Shown: positions 40,774 to 50,194, counted from the stretch's first letter. The stretch is 64,000 nucleotides of DNA from an uncultured Nitrospiraceae bacterium (GCA_963727775.1 CAVSHB010000002.1:239428-303427); one strand, 5' to 3'. The notes: a model not told the origin generated them from the letters alone. Program-made: numbers and translations.

Positions 40774-41226
40774 CTACTTGTTTGCATCTATGTTCTTATT
40801 CTTTAAGACCAATCGGATTGCAACAAGCGTTTTCTTGTTCTCCTCTGTAGGGAAGAGATCGTATGCTTTGGCATAGTTTGCCTCCGCCTCCTTGGTATTG
40901 CCAAGTTCCTGATTCAGGGAGCCAAGCAGTGTATATCCGTAATAGAAGTCCGCATGTGCCTTAATTAGTCTCTGTAACATACCCTGCGCTTTATGGAACT
41001 CCCCTTTATCCAAAAGGCTTCTTGCCTCTTGCCAGGAATCCGTAGATTGCGGCACAACGCTGAGACGGCTCGACATGCGATGTATGAATGGAGTCACCGC
41101 CACAACAGACACAACTAAGATACAAAAGACAATAGTGACTATTATGTACACCTTGTTAACTTTCTTAAATAAAGCCGTCTGATTCTTTAACTCTTCAAGA
41201 ATTTGCCGTTGTATATCTTCATCCAT
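40774..41226 (-). CDS. TPR-repeat membrane-anchored protein
   Basis: TM helix, then TPR-like AYxxLGxxxxxLGN motifs. Confidence 0.55.
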   Translation of the reverse strand: MDEDIQRQILEELKNQTALFKKVNKVYIIVTIVFCILVVSVVAVTPFIHRMSSRLSVVPQSTDSWQEARSLLDKGEFHKAQGMLQRLIKAHADFYYGYTLLGSLNQELGNTKEAEANYAKAYDLFPTEENKKTLVAIRLVLKNKNIDANK

Positions 41227-41248
41227 TGCTCTCTCCTTTACTCCTTTC

Positions 41249-41304
41249 CGATTGTACTACGCACAATTATATCAGGTTTGAATGTTGCGGGTTTCAGGAA
41301 GCAA
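41249..41304 (+). repeat. 65-bp module-spacer repeat, copy R11
   Basis: GATTGTACTACGCACAATTATATCAGGTTTG..GGGTTTCAGGAAGCAATGG. Confidence 0.8.
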
Positions 41305-41330
41305 TGGGGAATTTAGAAAATCAGCGGACC

Positions 41331-41699
41331 TCAAATTCTATCTCTCAATAGAAAAATACTTCCAACGATTAACATGGGAGCACTTATCCTCAAAAAAAAT
41401 TGGAATAATGATTGCAAATCTACAGACGTATAGAATGAAAAAGCAATCAGGGATACAATACTACCTGTGACGAGCCATGATCCACCAATTTTATTTCGGA
41501 AGATTGACAGAATCACCGCAGGCAATGTTGAAATAGGCCCACTTAATATAATAAGCCATGATATCCGGGGTTCGTCTTGCCTGAAAACAAAAATTGCTCT
41601 TGTTCCTAAGAAGAAATGCATAACACCAATGCCGATGCCTACTATAATAATGCCTACATATAATCCTTTTCTCTTAATATCCTTATGATGATTATCCAT
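41331..41699 (-). CDS. hypothetical polytopic membrane protein (start 5 bp from repeat R12)
   Basis: The longest ORF extends into the repeat. The internal Met at 41699 (MDNHHKD...) is the likely start. Confidence 0.45.
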   Translation of the reverse strand: MDNHHKDIKRKGLYVGIIIVGIGIGVMHFFLGTRAIFVFRQDEPRISWLIILSGPISTLPAVILSIFRNKIGGSWLVTGSIVSLIAFSFYTSVDLQSLFQFFLRISAPMLIVGSIFLLRDRI

Positions 41700-41703
41700 A
41701 ATA

Positions 41704-41756
41704 GTCAACACAATTATATCAGGTCTCAAATACGTTTAGTTCAGGAAGGATTAAGC
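41704..41756 (+). repeat. 65-bp module-spacer repeat, copy R12
   Basis: TCAACACAATTATATCAGGTCTC..GTTTAGTTCAGGAAGGATTAAGC. Confidence 0.75.
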
Positions 41757-41826
41757 GGAGATCTTACCGATATTCAGACTCATTTTATACCACACAAAAA
41801 TATGAGGTGAAGGGGATGATTCTTAA

Positions 41827-42186
41827 TTAATTTAATCTCACAATCAAGACATCAGCAACAAGCTCCTTGCCGTTGTTTGCTGACTTCGTTACTTTCTTGA
41901 GAGTGAAATCTTTTCCGCAAACGATTTTTGCAACATCTTCTGTTTTTAGGTTGGAGAACTGTTCTTGAGTTGCCGCCCACGTTACCGGTCCAACAGTTAC
42001 TGCTTTTCCCTCGCAATATCCTGCCACCATTGCGGTAACATTCCCAGCTTTGTTGTCATATGTTGCTCCCAGTCTTCCCGAAACTGTAGAGACAGATGAA
42101 GCTGCATAAGCCAGAGTTGCTCCGATGGAAACCGCTACTAATAACAAAACCATGAATAATAATCTCACGTTGGTCTTTTTACGCAT
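41827..42186 (-). CDS. hypothetical secreted protein
   Basis: Signal peptide MRKKTNVRLLFMVLLLVAVSIGATLAYA. Confidence 0.45.
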   Translation of the reverse strand: MRKKTNVRLLFMVLLLVAVSIGATLAYAASSVSTVSGRLGATYDNKAGNVTAMVAGYCEGKAVTVGPVTWAATQEQFSNLKTEDVAKIVCGKDFTLKKVTKSANNGKELVADVLIVRLN

Positions 42187-42395
42187 TTCGCCCCTCGCTT
42201 TTATTCCTCGAAAAAGTTTGTAAGAGAAAATCCGATCCCCCTGAGACATTCTTCCCTTCACCTCTCATCCAGACCCATACTGAGAGTTAAAGATTGTGTG
42301 GTTAGCTGTATGCTACTCTCTGTCTGGATTCTTGTCAAGATATCGTATATTTGGGTGGGATAATCTTTTACACATATTTGCTTATCGAATAGCAG

Positions 42396-42452
42396 TTAAA
42401 GTCCGCACAATTATAGCCGGTCTTGAAGTTGCGTGGTACAGGAAGGAGCTGA
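42396..42452 (+). repeat. 65-bp module-spacer repeat, copy R13
   Basis: GTCCGCACAATTATAGCCGGTCTTG..GTGGTACAGGAAGGAGCTG. Confidence 0.75.
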
Positions 42453-42602
42453 GATTTTAAAAACATCATTTTTCGCGACCTTCACCCCATACTAAGCATA
42501 GCCTTTTTGTTCCCTGCAGTAGTCCATGATGAATAATAATGAATATCTTCGAAACAATCAGTGATTACTTGAGTCTTTGAAGATGCGTCTTTCATTGTTC
42601 TT

Positions 42603-44313
42603 CTAGGAGTCTGTCGGACTTGAATTGCTGTTTTTGACAGCGGTTGGAATCCGAGAGAGTCGATTGTAGTTATTTTTCATGATTTGATCGTCTGTCATCG
42701 GTTCTTTCCTGCCGGTGTTTTGTTGGATACATTATGCCATCGCCATTTTCAGGCGCCTACCTGGCTGTTCCTCAATGCATGCAGCCTTTTGATGTTCCAT
42801 GCAATGCAGATCATATCCCACTCGCCATTGACTGCAGTAAAACCACGCAACAGGAATCGGTCAAATCCCATAGCTGCCTTGATTACCCCAAACGCCGGCT
42901 CCACAGTACTCTTGCGTATCGCATAAATTGCCTTACCGGCAACTGTCTTCAACCGATGTTTCATTCTTGTCACTGCATCAGCATCAACCGGCAATGGAGG
43001 CGGTTCGACGAATCGCTCCCATAAAGGCTGATTATGACTCTGCCGATCTACTGCTATATATGGCTCTATTCCTTTGCTCTCACATTCTTGCACATTTGCT
43101 TCGCTGTAATACCCGCTGTCGGCTATTATAGTTTTTACTTTGCCAAGTTGTTCGGGCAGATATGTAAGCGCTTCAAGCGCTGGTTTCATCTGCTGTTTGT
43201 CATTGGATTGTTGTGTTACATGCGTTGCGACAATAAGCATTGTTTCTGTATCCACGGCTGCTTGAGCATTATAAGCCTGCTTGAATCCTCCACCCGATGC
43301 CGGCATTATGCGAGATTCTTCATCGGTCAGATTGACCTGATCTTTGTCAGTTGGCCCGGCTGCAGGCGGCTTGGGTCCTTTGCCTCGGGGTTTCTTGCCG
43401 CTCTGCTTTTGTTTGGCTACACGCTCTGCCTGTTTCTTTTCACTGTCGGCTTGTTCCATTGCATGCCGCTCTGCCGCACGGCGCTCTATCTCAGCTTTTG
43501 CTTCAGCTATCATTTTCAGCCGCTTCTCTCGCCGCTCCAGCTCTTCCGGGATGTTCATGCCGTCAGGAATGTCAGCTTTGTCAGCAGCCTCAGCTTTCTT
43601 CATCAGTTCCGCCACTTCCACTTTCAACTTATTCTCTATTTTGCATGCATGCCCGTAGCTCAACGCCTTGTGCTTTGAGGCATTGGCTTTCATTTTGGTC
43701 CCATCCAAGCTGACCGTGCCTAACTTCAATACCCCGGTTTCTGCTGCTATCATTAGTATCTGCACAAACAGTTCTTTCAGCTTAGGCAAAAACCGACGTC
43801 GAAAGGTTGCTATTGTGTCATGGTCAGGGTGACTGTTGGCTGCCACATACCGGAATGCTACAGAGTCGTACGTGCTACGCTCTAATTGCCTGCTCGAAAA
43901 GACTCCCGTCGCATATCCGTAAAATAATAATGCCACCAGCATCTCAGGGCTGTATGCCTCACTGCCTCGTCCTGCATAATCATTTTTCAACCGGTCAAGA
44001 TTAAGCTGATCCACTATCTCTACGACAAATCTCGCCAAGTGACCCTCGGGCAACCATTCCTGCACCGACGGCGGAAATAAATATATCGTCTCTCTGTCAC
44101 ATTGTTTGAACATTATGCTGATCTCCTGTTGTTCATTCTTATGCCGCTTGTCTATTATGCCATAAGGAACGCCCATGCAGGTCTGTCGGACTTAGATAAT
44201 TACAGGCCGAAAAGATTTCTGCTGCCCAGTTTGCAATAAAGGTTCTTAAGAGACTGCCGTGTCCTTCAAGAAGTAAACTTTTCAGAAATGTTGAAAGTCC
44301 GACAGACTCCTAG
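42603..44313 (-). mobile_element. IS1182/IS5-like insertion sequence, copy 2 (identical to copy 1)
   Basis: Same 1711 bp including the 19-bp TIRs. Confidence 0.85.
42749..44176 (-). CDS. DDE transposase, IS1182 family
   Basis: Identical 475-aa product. Confidence 0.85.
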   Translation of the reverse strand: MGVPYGIIDKRHKNEQQEISIMFKQCDRETIYLFPPSVQEWLPEGHLARFVVEIVDQLNLDRLKNDYAGRGSEAYSPEMLVALLFYGYATGVFSSRQLERSTYDSVAFRYVAANSHPDHDTIATFRRRFLPKLKELFVQILMIAAETGVLKLGTVSLDGTKMKANASKHKALSYGHACKIENKLKVEVAELMKKAEAADKADIPDGMNIPEELERREKRLKMIAEAKAEIERRAAERHAMEQADSEKKQAERVAKQKQSGKKPRGKGPKPPAAGPTDKDQVNLTDEESRIMPASGGGFKQAYNAQAAVDTETMLIVATHVTQQSNDKQQMKPALEALTYLPEQLGKVKTIIADSGYYSEANVQECESKGIEPYIAVDRQSHNQPLWERFVEPPPLPVDADAVTRMKHRLKTVAGKAIYAIRKSTVEPAFGVIKAAMGFDRFLLRGFTAVNGEWDMICIAWNIKRLHALRNSQVGA

Positions 44314-44429
44314 TGTAAATGGCAGAGATTATTTATGGTCAATTTGTCCTATGTCAAGGGCTGACCCCATGGATGTCCTTTTTGCGCCTTTACTCTTTCA
44401 GCACCTCTACAAACGGGCGTCATTAATCA

Positions 44430-45326
44430 TTAATAGGAAGATATCAGGGGGCAATTTTGGGGTAGCACCAGCTTAATTGTACCCGGCAGCACCTCAAAGC
44501 GAATTTTGTTTGTTTTAATAGGCTCACCATCCAGATTGATCGGCATCGCAACATCAGACTCCCATTCAGCCCAAGGCACCCTATAACGCTTGATATAATC
44601 TCCGCTGACTTCAGACTCCGTCAACTCCCTTATCACTTGCCCCAGATCTTTTGGTGGAAAGCGGAGTAATCCTACAATATCCAGCAACCCGTCATCAATA
44701 AAAGCGCTGGGAGCTAACTGCTGGCCACCACCGGCCTGCTTACCATTACACACAGCGCCGACGATAACATCATTTTGCAAAGACCCCTGGGGCATACGCA
44801 GTTCGCCCTTATAAGGCACAAATTTCAGCGCTTGTACCATAGCGGAAAGAGTATAAGCGCCTCCACCGAGAAAATTCTTTAACGCCACTGGCGTGTTTGC
44901 TGTCACCTGAGCTCCAAAGCCGCCACTGGCCACGTTGATAAAGTGGAATTCGTTGGCCCTTACACCATCAACGGCACATGACTGACCGGATTGAGCCAGT
45001 TCCAGCGCAGCCAATGGATCCGAAGGGATGGAACATGCTGTGGCAAAATCGTTGGCAGTACCAAGCGGCAGTATTGCCAATTCCGGTCGCTCAGCGGCTG
45101 GCAGTTGTAACATGGCATCAACAACCTCATTTACAGTGCCATCTCCACCGCCTGCCACCAGGCGAAGACATCCATCAGCGCAAGCTTCTCGAACCAGCCG
45201 TTTAACATCACCTGCTTCCCAGGTGACCCTGACTTCAACGCCGCCGTTTTCTCTTGCGCTGTAAATCGCTGTCCGAACAGGTTTAAGTGCTGCTTTTTTA
45301 CCGTTTAAAATGATTCGAATATCCAT
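44430..45326 (-). CDS. diacylglycerol kinase catalytic-domain family lipid kinase (YegS/DgkA-like)
   Basis: GGDGT motif; DAGK_cat fold signature. Confidence 0.7.
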   Translation of the reverse strand: MDIRIILNGKKAALKPVRTAIYSARENGGVEVRVTWEAGDVKRLVREACADGCLRLVAGGGDGTVNEVVDAMLQLPAAERPELAILPLGTANDFATACSIPSDPLAALELAQSGQSCAVDGVRANEFHFINVASGGFGAQVTANTPVALKNFLGGGAYTLSAMVQALKFVPYKGELRMPQGSLQNDVIVGAVCNGKQAGGGQQLAPSAFIDDGLLDIVGLLRFPPKDLGQVIRELTESEVSGDYIKRYRVPWAEWESDVAMPINLDGEPIKTNKIRFEVLPGTIKLVLPQNCPLISSY

Positions 45327-45404
45327 TCAGAACCAATGGAATTAGCAATATAATTAAAACTATTTTCTTCATTGTTTATTCAATAAAAAAAGTTAACGAT
45401 TTAT

Positions 45405-45462
45405 GGTTCTACTCAACACAATTATATCAAGGTCGGAAAGTGTTGCCTACAGGAAGAAACGA
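45405..45462 (+). repeat. 65-bp module-spacer repeat, copy R14
   Basis: GTTCTACTCAACACAATTATATCAAGGTCGG..GCCTACAGGAAGAAACG. Confidence 0.75.
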
Positions 45463-45469
45463 TGTTCCT

Positions 45470-45955
45470 TTATGCTCTGTTATCAAGGACTTCTATCTCG
45501 GTCTTAAAAAGTAGGAAAAGCGAACCAATATCGTCTTCGGTCAGACCAATACCGTCTTCTTCGGCGTCTTCCATTAGAGCTTCAAGGACATATTTCATTA
45601 CATATGGCTGCTTAGAAACTTGGACGCCCGCAATTCTATCGATGAATTTGTCATGGGTTCCTTCAATGCTTTCTATTAAACGTATATTTTCATCATACCT
45701 TGCCATAATCTCCTTGGAAGAGATTTTTGGGAGCTTACCGCTTGAGTCAAGAAACATCTTATAAACAACAAAGGCGACATATATGGCAAGCTCTTTCACT
45801 TCCTGCTGAAGATCATCTGTGTATGCCATCAGAAAAGCTAAGAGAGCTGGCTGGTTCTTACCCATGGCAATCATCTCTTTATTTGCCCTGTCTGCAGTGA
45901 AGGCGGCAACTTGTTGCCAGGTTTTCTCTACGAATACCTCAGATAAGGGGTCCAT
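45470..45955 (-). CDS. hypothetical protein
   Basis: 161 aa acidic ORF. Confidence 0.45.
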   Translation of the reverse strand: MDPLSEVFVEKTWQQVAAFTADRANKEMIAMGKNQPALLAFLMAYTDDLQQEVKELAIYVAFVVYKMFLDSSGKLPKISSKEIMARYDENIRLIESIEGTHDKFIDRIAGVQVSKQPYVMKYVLEALMEDAEEDGIGLTEDDIGSLFLLFKTEIEVLDNRA

Positions 45956-46009
45956 TTAAATAACTGTCTCCTTTCTAAATCCTTTACTAGAATCGTACAT
46001 CATGTCTGA

Positions 46010-46237
46010 TTATCCACCCGTAATATTTCTTATAAGCAATATTAAGCCTCCGATGATGAAGGCCAGAGCAAACGGAATGAGCAGACACCCTGGAGTTGGT
46101 TTGTCGATATATTTGCCACGACCGACATAATAACCAGTAAATGATCCGATTTCGTTTCTGAAGACGAGCATGAGTATCCCAACAACAATGATCAACAGAT
46201 CGATAAAAAAAGAATTGCGCGGCACAGTTGTCATCAT
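46010..46237 (-). CDS. hypothetical small membrane protein
   Basis: Two TM helices. Confidence 0.4.
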   Translation of the reverse strand: MMTTVPRNSFFIDLLIIVVGILMLVFRNEIGSFTGYYVGRGKYIDKPTPGCLLIPFALAFIIGGLILLIRNITGG

Positions 46238-46270
46238 AGGAGTAAAAAGATAGAAACTATATTAAATGAA

Positions 46271-46543
46271 TTATTTTACCGCGCCCTTTAAAGCTTTCCC
46301 GGCTGTAAATTTCGGTGCTTTCCGGGCTGCAATCTTAATTATTGCGCCTGTTTGAGGATTACGCCCCTTCCGTGCCTTCCTCTTTGAAATCGAGAAAGTC
46401 CCGAAACCTACAAGAGCTACTTTGTTCCCTTTCTTCAGTGTCTTGGTAACTGCATCAACAAATGAGTTAAGAGACTTTTCCGCTACTGCCTTTGAAGCAC
46501 CTGAGTCTTTTGCCATTTTTTCTACAAGTTCTGCTTTTGTCAT
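46271..46543 (-). CDS. hup: HU-family DNA-binding protein
   Basis: [11 protein letters not shown]...[21 protein letters not shown]...[12 protein letters not shown]. Confidence 0.85.
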   Translation of the reverse strand: MTKAELVEKMAKDSGASKAVAEKSLNSFVDAVTKTLKKGNKVALVGFGTFSISKRKARKGRNPQTGAIIKIAARKAPKFTAGKALKGAVK

Positions 46544-46643
46544 AGATACCCTCCATTAATATTAATTGTAAAAAAGTATACCATGCCTATATTGAAAAAT
46601 AGCTATCATGCCATCTGGAAAATTATACATTAATCTTTTTTGT

Positions 46644-47225
46644 TTACTTCGGTATCGCTGAGTATGGCTGAGCTCGGCGCGCCCATTCACTCTGAGGATA
46701 TTTTTCCGAAAGTGTGTCGTATGCCCGGCGAAGCGCACTTGCTTCGTGAGTCTTTTTATATTCAGCTACGCCAAGGAAGAAGATTGATTCGGGAGCCACG
46801 CCTGCATTGGGATGCTCTTCAATAACCTTTTTAAACCACTTTGACGCCTCCTCATGTCGTTCCTTCTCGAAAAAGACCATGCCTTTACTGAATTTGAGCT
46901 GTGCGAGAAAATCATCTGTAGGAATGTATCCGACAAGCTTTCTATGTACCCTGCCCCCAGCGTCCTGAATGAGGAACGTAGGGGTCCAGGCGATATTGAA
47001 TTGTTTCATAAGTTCCGTTCGTTCCTTCCAGAAACATTGGCTCTTTAGTGGGACGTACTCCTCCTTAATGAATGTTTGGACCTTTTCATCTGAATACGGA
47101 CCCGCATTCATTGCAGCGCAGCCAGCTCACCCGTCGAACCAGAAGTCATGGAAAACCGGCTTGCCTTCTTTCTTTGCCTTTTCTAAGGCAGTCTCAAAAT
47201 CCCTTTCCCATTTTATCTCGGCCAT
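46644..47225 (-). CDS. thioredoxin-fold (DUF255-like) protein with in-frame UGA: candidate selenoprotein (UxxC redox motif)
   Basis: ATG at 47225 (RBS gaggagg). ...[21 protein letters not shown]... aligns to the GKPVFLxIGYSxCHWCHVM thioredoxin-like motif, with Sec in place of the first Cys. A hairpin lies about 10 nt downstream of the UGA. Confidence 0.5.
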
Positions 47226-47391
47226 GTCAATCCTCCTATATTAATTCACCAAAACCTGTTTAAATTGTATCATGGGAAAAGAGCGAAATCATCTTTTGTG
47301 TTCAAGCACATCGAAAAGATATTAAGTGCCACCGGTCAAATTCAGCAGCCGCCAATAAGCGCGCTGACCTATTAACTGTACGGCGACAATG

Positions 47392-47447
47392 ATCCTTCCT
47401 GAACTAAACATTTCTGAAACCTGATATAGTGGTGCGTAGTTCAACTA
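47392..47447 (-). repeat. 65-bp module-spacer repeat, copy R15 (inverted orientation, right boundary of array)
   Basis: Reverse complement reads GTTGAACTACGCACCACTATATCAGGTTTCAGAAATGTTTAGTTCAGGAAGGATC. Confidence 0.75.
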
Positions 47448-47673
47448 GTATTCAATAGGCAAATAGAGGAAAAGGGCCTTGGTAATAGTTGATCTCTCAC
47501 TGTGTAAAGGATTCTTAAATCTTGAGCCGGACAACTTCTCATGCATTATTTAATTTGTAAAACTTCCTCTACAAGAAATATCAAACATCCCCGACATACT
47601 TTTGTAGAAAATAGGAGTAAAATAGCACTTAATATTTAATAAATTTATCTAAATTAACAAAGGGGAATGTCCC

Positions 47674-48210
47674 ATGAAAAAAGAAATAAAAAGGTTATCA
47701 ATTTTTCTATTCTTGTTGTTTCTGCTTTTTGCGATGGCAGGCATATCGGAGGCGGATATTGAAGGCACTATCGGAACTGTGTTTACCATAACAGACTCCG
47801 GCTTTGGTACCAAAAAACCTCAGGTGTATATTCAATATGAGAAGAAACCCGGAGTTATCAAAAAGGTTTACGCCACAGTAAAAAAATGGAGCAACACCTC
47901 GATTACCTGTCTTTGGACGGAAACCCTCTCTGCTGGGACGTACAATTTGTGGGTGAAACCTAACATAGCAAAAACGAATCCTATAGCAGAAGGTACATTC
48001 ACCATCATGCCACCTTCTATTGATGAAGTTACTCCTGACACTCTTACTGCCGGTGCAAAAATAACAATAAACGGACAGTTCTTTACAAACAGAAAACCGA
48101 CGGTCTATCTCAAAGACCTTGTGTCTTTAAAAAAAGAGGAGTTGCAGCGTTATAAAATCCACCATGGACTCGGCAACAGGAGCAAGCTCATTAAATTTTT
48201 TTGTGACTAA
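47674..48210 (+). CDS. hypothetical secreted protein
   Basis: Signal peptide; low-GC. Confidence 0.45.
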   Translation: MKKEIKRLSIFLFLLFLLFAMAGISEADIEGTIGTVFTITDSGFGTKKPQVYIQYEKKPGVIKKVYATVKKWSNTSITCLWTETLSAGTYNLWVKPNIAKTNPIAEGTFTIMPPSIDEVTPDTLTAGAKITINGQFFTNRKPTVYLKDLVSLKKEELQRYKIHHGLGNRSKLIKFFCD

Positions 48211-48412
48211 ATGGGGATCGGGCAAGTTTGAGATCATCTTACAAACGTTGGTTAGCGAGGCCTCAATTAATCCTTTAGCATCAATATCAGGAAAGATCAC
48301 TGACTCAGGAACAGGGGCTGTGGCATCCGGGGTCATAAACAAAGGTTCCTCTTCAGGCGTTAGCTGATAAGAACTTTGCATATTCTAAAGACGCTATAGG
48401 AGTTTAAACTCT

Positions 48413-48715
48413 ATGGAACAAAAAATAAAAATCAAAGAATCTGATCTTCACCAGCATATAAGCGCAAGAATGTTACAGCGGGGAATTTCCCTAATAGAAA
48501 TAGAAGAAACGTTAACCAGAGGCTGGGATGCTGGTGATGCGGTTGAAGGGACTGCCGGTAAAGTAGCCGTGTTCACTTATAATGCGGAATGGGAAGGCAA
48601 ATTCTTTGAAGAAAAAGAGATTACAGTATATTATAAGTACAAAGGGGAACAGTTTATTTTATTGACTGCTAAGGCAAGGTATGGAAAGGATTTTAAGAAA
48701 GGAGAAAAAAGATGA
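48413..48715 (+). CDS. DUF4258-family small protein (putative toxin-like partner)
   Basis: Overlaps the downstream DUF2283-like gene, a known paired arrangement. Confidence 0.4.
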   Translation: MEQKIKIKESDLHQHISARMLQRGISLIEIEETLTRGWDAGDAVEGTAGKVAVFTYNAEWEGKFFEEKEITVYYKYKGEQFILLTAKARYGKDFKKGEKR

Positions 48716-48921
48716 AAATTGAATACGACCTTGACCGGGACTTACTTTATATATATTTTGCAGAGCTTGAAACAAAGGCGGCTCAGACCATTACCATTAC
48801 TCCCGGTGTACATGCTGATTTTGATAGGGACGGTAAGCTCATGGGGATCGAGGTTATAGAGGCATCCAAGGTTATGGGCAAGAAGATCGAGATTAAATTG
48901 CCTGAACTTACAGCGGCATAA
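48712..48921 (+). CDS. DUF2283-family small protein
   Basis: YDLDRDLLYIYF...DFDRDGKLMGIEV motif. Confidence 0.45.
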   Translation: MKIEYDLDRDLLYIYFAELETKAAQTITITPGVHADFDRDGKLMGIEVIEASKVMGKKIEIKLPELTAA

Positions 48922-48989
48922 TATGTATTGCGTTCCAGAGTCTCGTTCTCTTGCGGAATATGTTGCGGTTTAAGGGAGCAAATTTTTAA

Positions 48990-50006
48990 ATGTTGAATGA
49001 TAAAGAGTTTGATTTCTTAAGGGATGACCATGGGAAGATGGTAGGCAATTTAAATAAAATTAGTGATGATTTGTTAAAAGCAAAATGGTATTTTTTAACG
49101 ACAATTTCAGCGATCGGATCGGCTTACTATTATGTTTTGAGTCAAGACAATAAATCAAACGAGTACTTTTATTTCGCGATATGTCTATTTGGCAATATTG
49201 TCTTTTGGGTGTTAAGCGAATATATCGTATCACATGGTTTTCTTTTTAGATCTATACAGGCTAAAGTGGCAAGAATGGAAAAAGAAATGTATACGCCGGG
49301 ATATCCTATGTTAGTGAGACTTATCAAAGATCCTACTGACAAAAGTAATTTTATTGAGACTGAGAATGGGGCTGAGTTGTTAAAATTCCATTACCTACTT
49401 CCGGATCAGTTTATCCCTCTATACTGGGCTTCATTGTGGAGTATTCTTATCAATACAGTAGTTGGTTTATATTTCTCTTCTTTAGCAAAGAACAGCGATT
49501 ATGACCGCTTAGAGTTTCTATTTTTGCTTATAAGCATTCCGCTTGTCTGGAAGATTTGGATGTATCATCGCCATAAGTTGGAGGAATTTGTTAGTAAGAA
49601 GACATGTTGCTTCGAAATAGTCGTCTGTAAGGATCTAAACAATAAAGATAAAATTTTTTATGAGTTTCCTCAATGGTGGATTCGACAGTACGCGCCATTA
49701 TTTATAATTATGCTCATGATAGCACTTGCATTCTTTTTCGTGTGCTTTCCAGTTTTATATGGTGAGGTTCCCTTTTATCTTTGGTCTGTATCTTCGGCGT
49801 CATTACTTTTTTTCTTCTGGCCGGTTATAGTTGGAATTGCAATTCATATACTTCATTGTATTTTTGGATTTGGTGAGGAATTCAAGAAATGTAAATATTT
49901 TCGGCCTCCTATTTCTCATAACTGTGAAACAATATTTGTTGATTTTCAGAGTGGTAGTCTTGCTAATTTACGCTGGACTCTTTGTTTGCTCTATCATATA
50001 GTTTGA
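48990..50006 (+). CDS. hypothetical polytopic membrane protein in AT-rich islet
   Basis: 338 aa; about 8 TM helices; very low GC. Confidence 0.45.
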   Translation: MLNDKEFDFLRDDHGKMVGNLNKISDDLLKAKWYFLTTISAIGSAYYYVLSQDNKSNEYFYFAICLFGNIVFWVLSEYIVSHGFLFRSIQAKVARMEKEMYTPGYPMLVRLIKDPTDKSNFIETENGAELLKFHYLLPDQFIPLYWASLWSILINTVVGLYFSSLAKNSDYDRLEFLFLLISIPLVWKIWMYHRHKLEEFVSKKTCCFEIVVCKDLNNKDKIFYEFPQWWIRQYAPLFIIMLMIALAFFFVCFPVLYGEVPFYLWSVSSASLLFFFWPVIVGIAIHILHCIFGFGEEFKKCKYFRPPISHNCETIFVDFQSGSLANLRWTLCLLYHIV

Positions 50007-50156
50007 ATATGAAAATTCTTCAACTATTAGGATTACAACTGTTGATTTTTAGGTCTTTTTTTGGGGGGGATAGCTAATAAATAAATCGGTGTCCATTTAT
50101 TAAAAAAAATGTTATGAGACATAGTCTTATTTTAATACTGAATAGTCCATTCGTAA

Positions 50157-50194
50157 TCAGCAGGTCGTCGGTTCAACTCCGACCACCGGCTCCA
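50157..50194 (+). tRNA. tRNA 3'-terminal fragment only (variable region, T-arm, acceptor 3' strand, CCA); no 5' half
   Basis: GTCGG-TTCAACT-CCGAC T-arm, then CACCGGC-T-CCA. The upstream sequence cannot form D or anticodon arms or the complementary GCCGGTG. Confidence 0.45.

Noticed and set aside
25289-47447. The 65-bp repeats as classical integron attC sites
   Set aside because: The element is not an imperfect palindrome. No paired R''/L'' and L'/R' cores are present; GTTGTAC at the 5' end and GTACAAC on the other strand are on the wrong sides. The neighbouring recombinases lack IntI-specific features. A non-canonical site remains possible.
25289-47447. The 65-bp repeats as a CRISPR array
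   Set aside because: Repeats are separated by 0.4-2.5 kb containing full-length protein-coding genes, not by 25-50-bp spacers. No cas genes are present.
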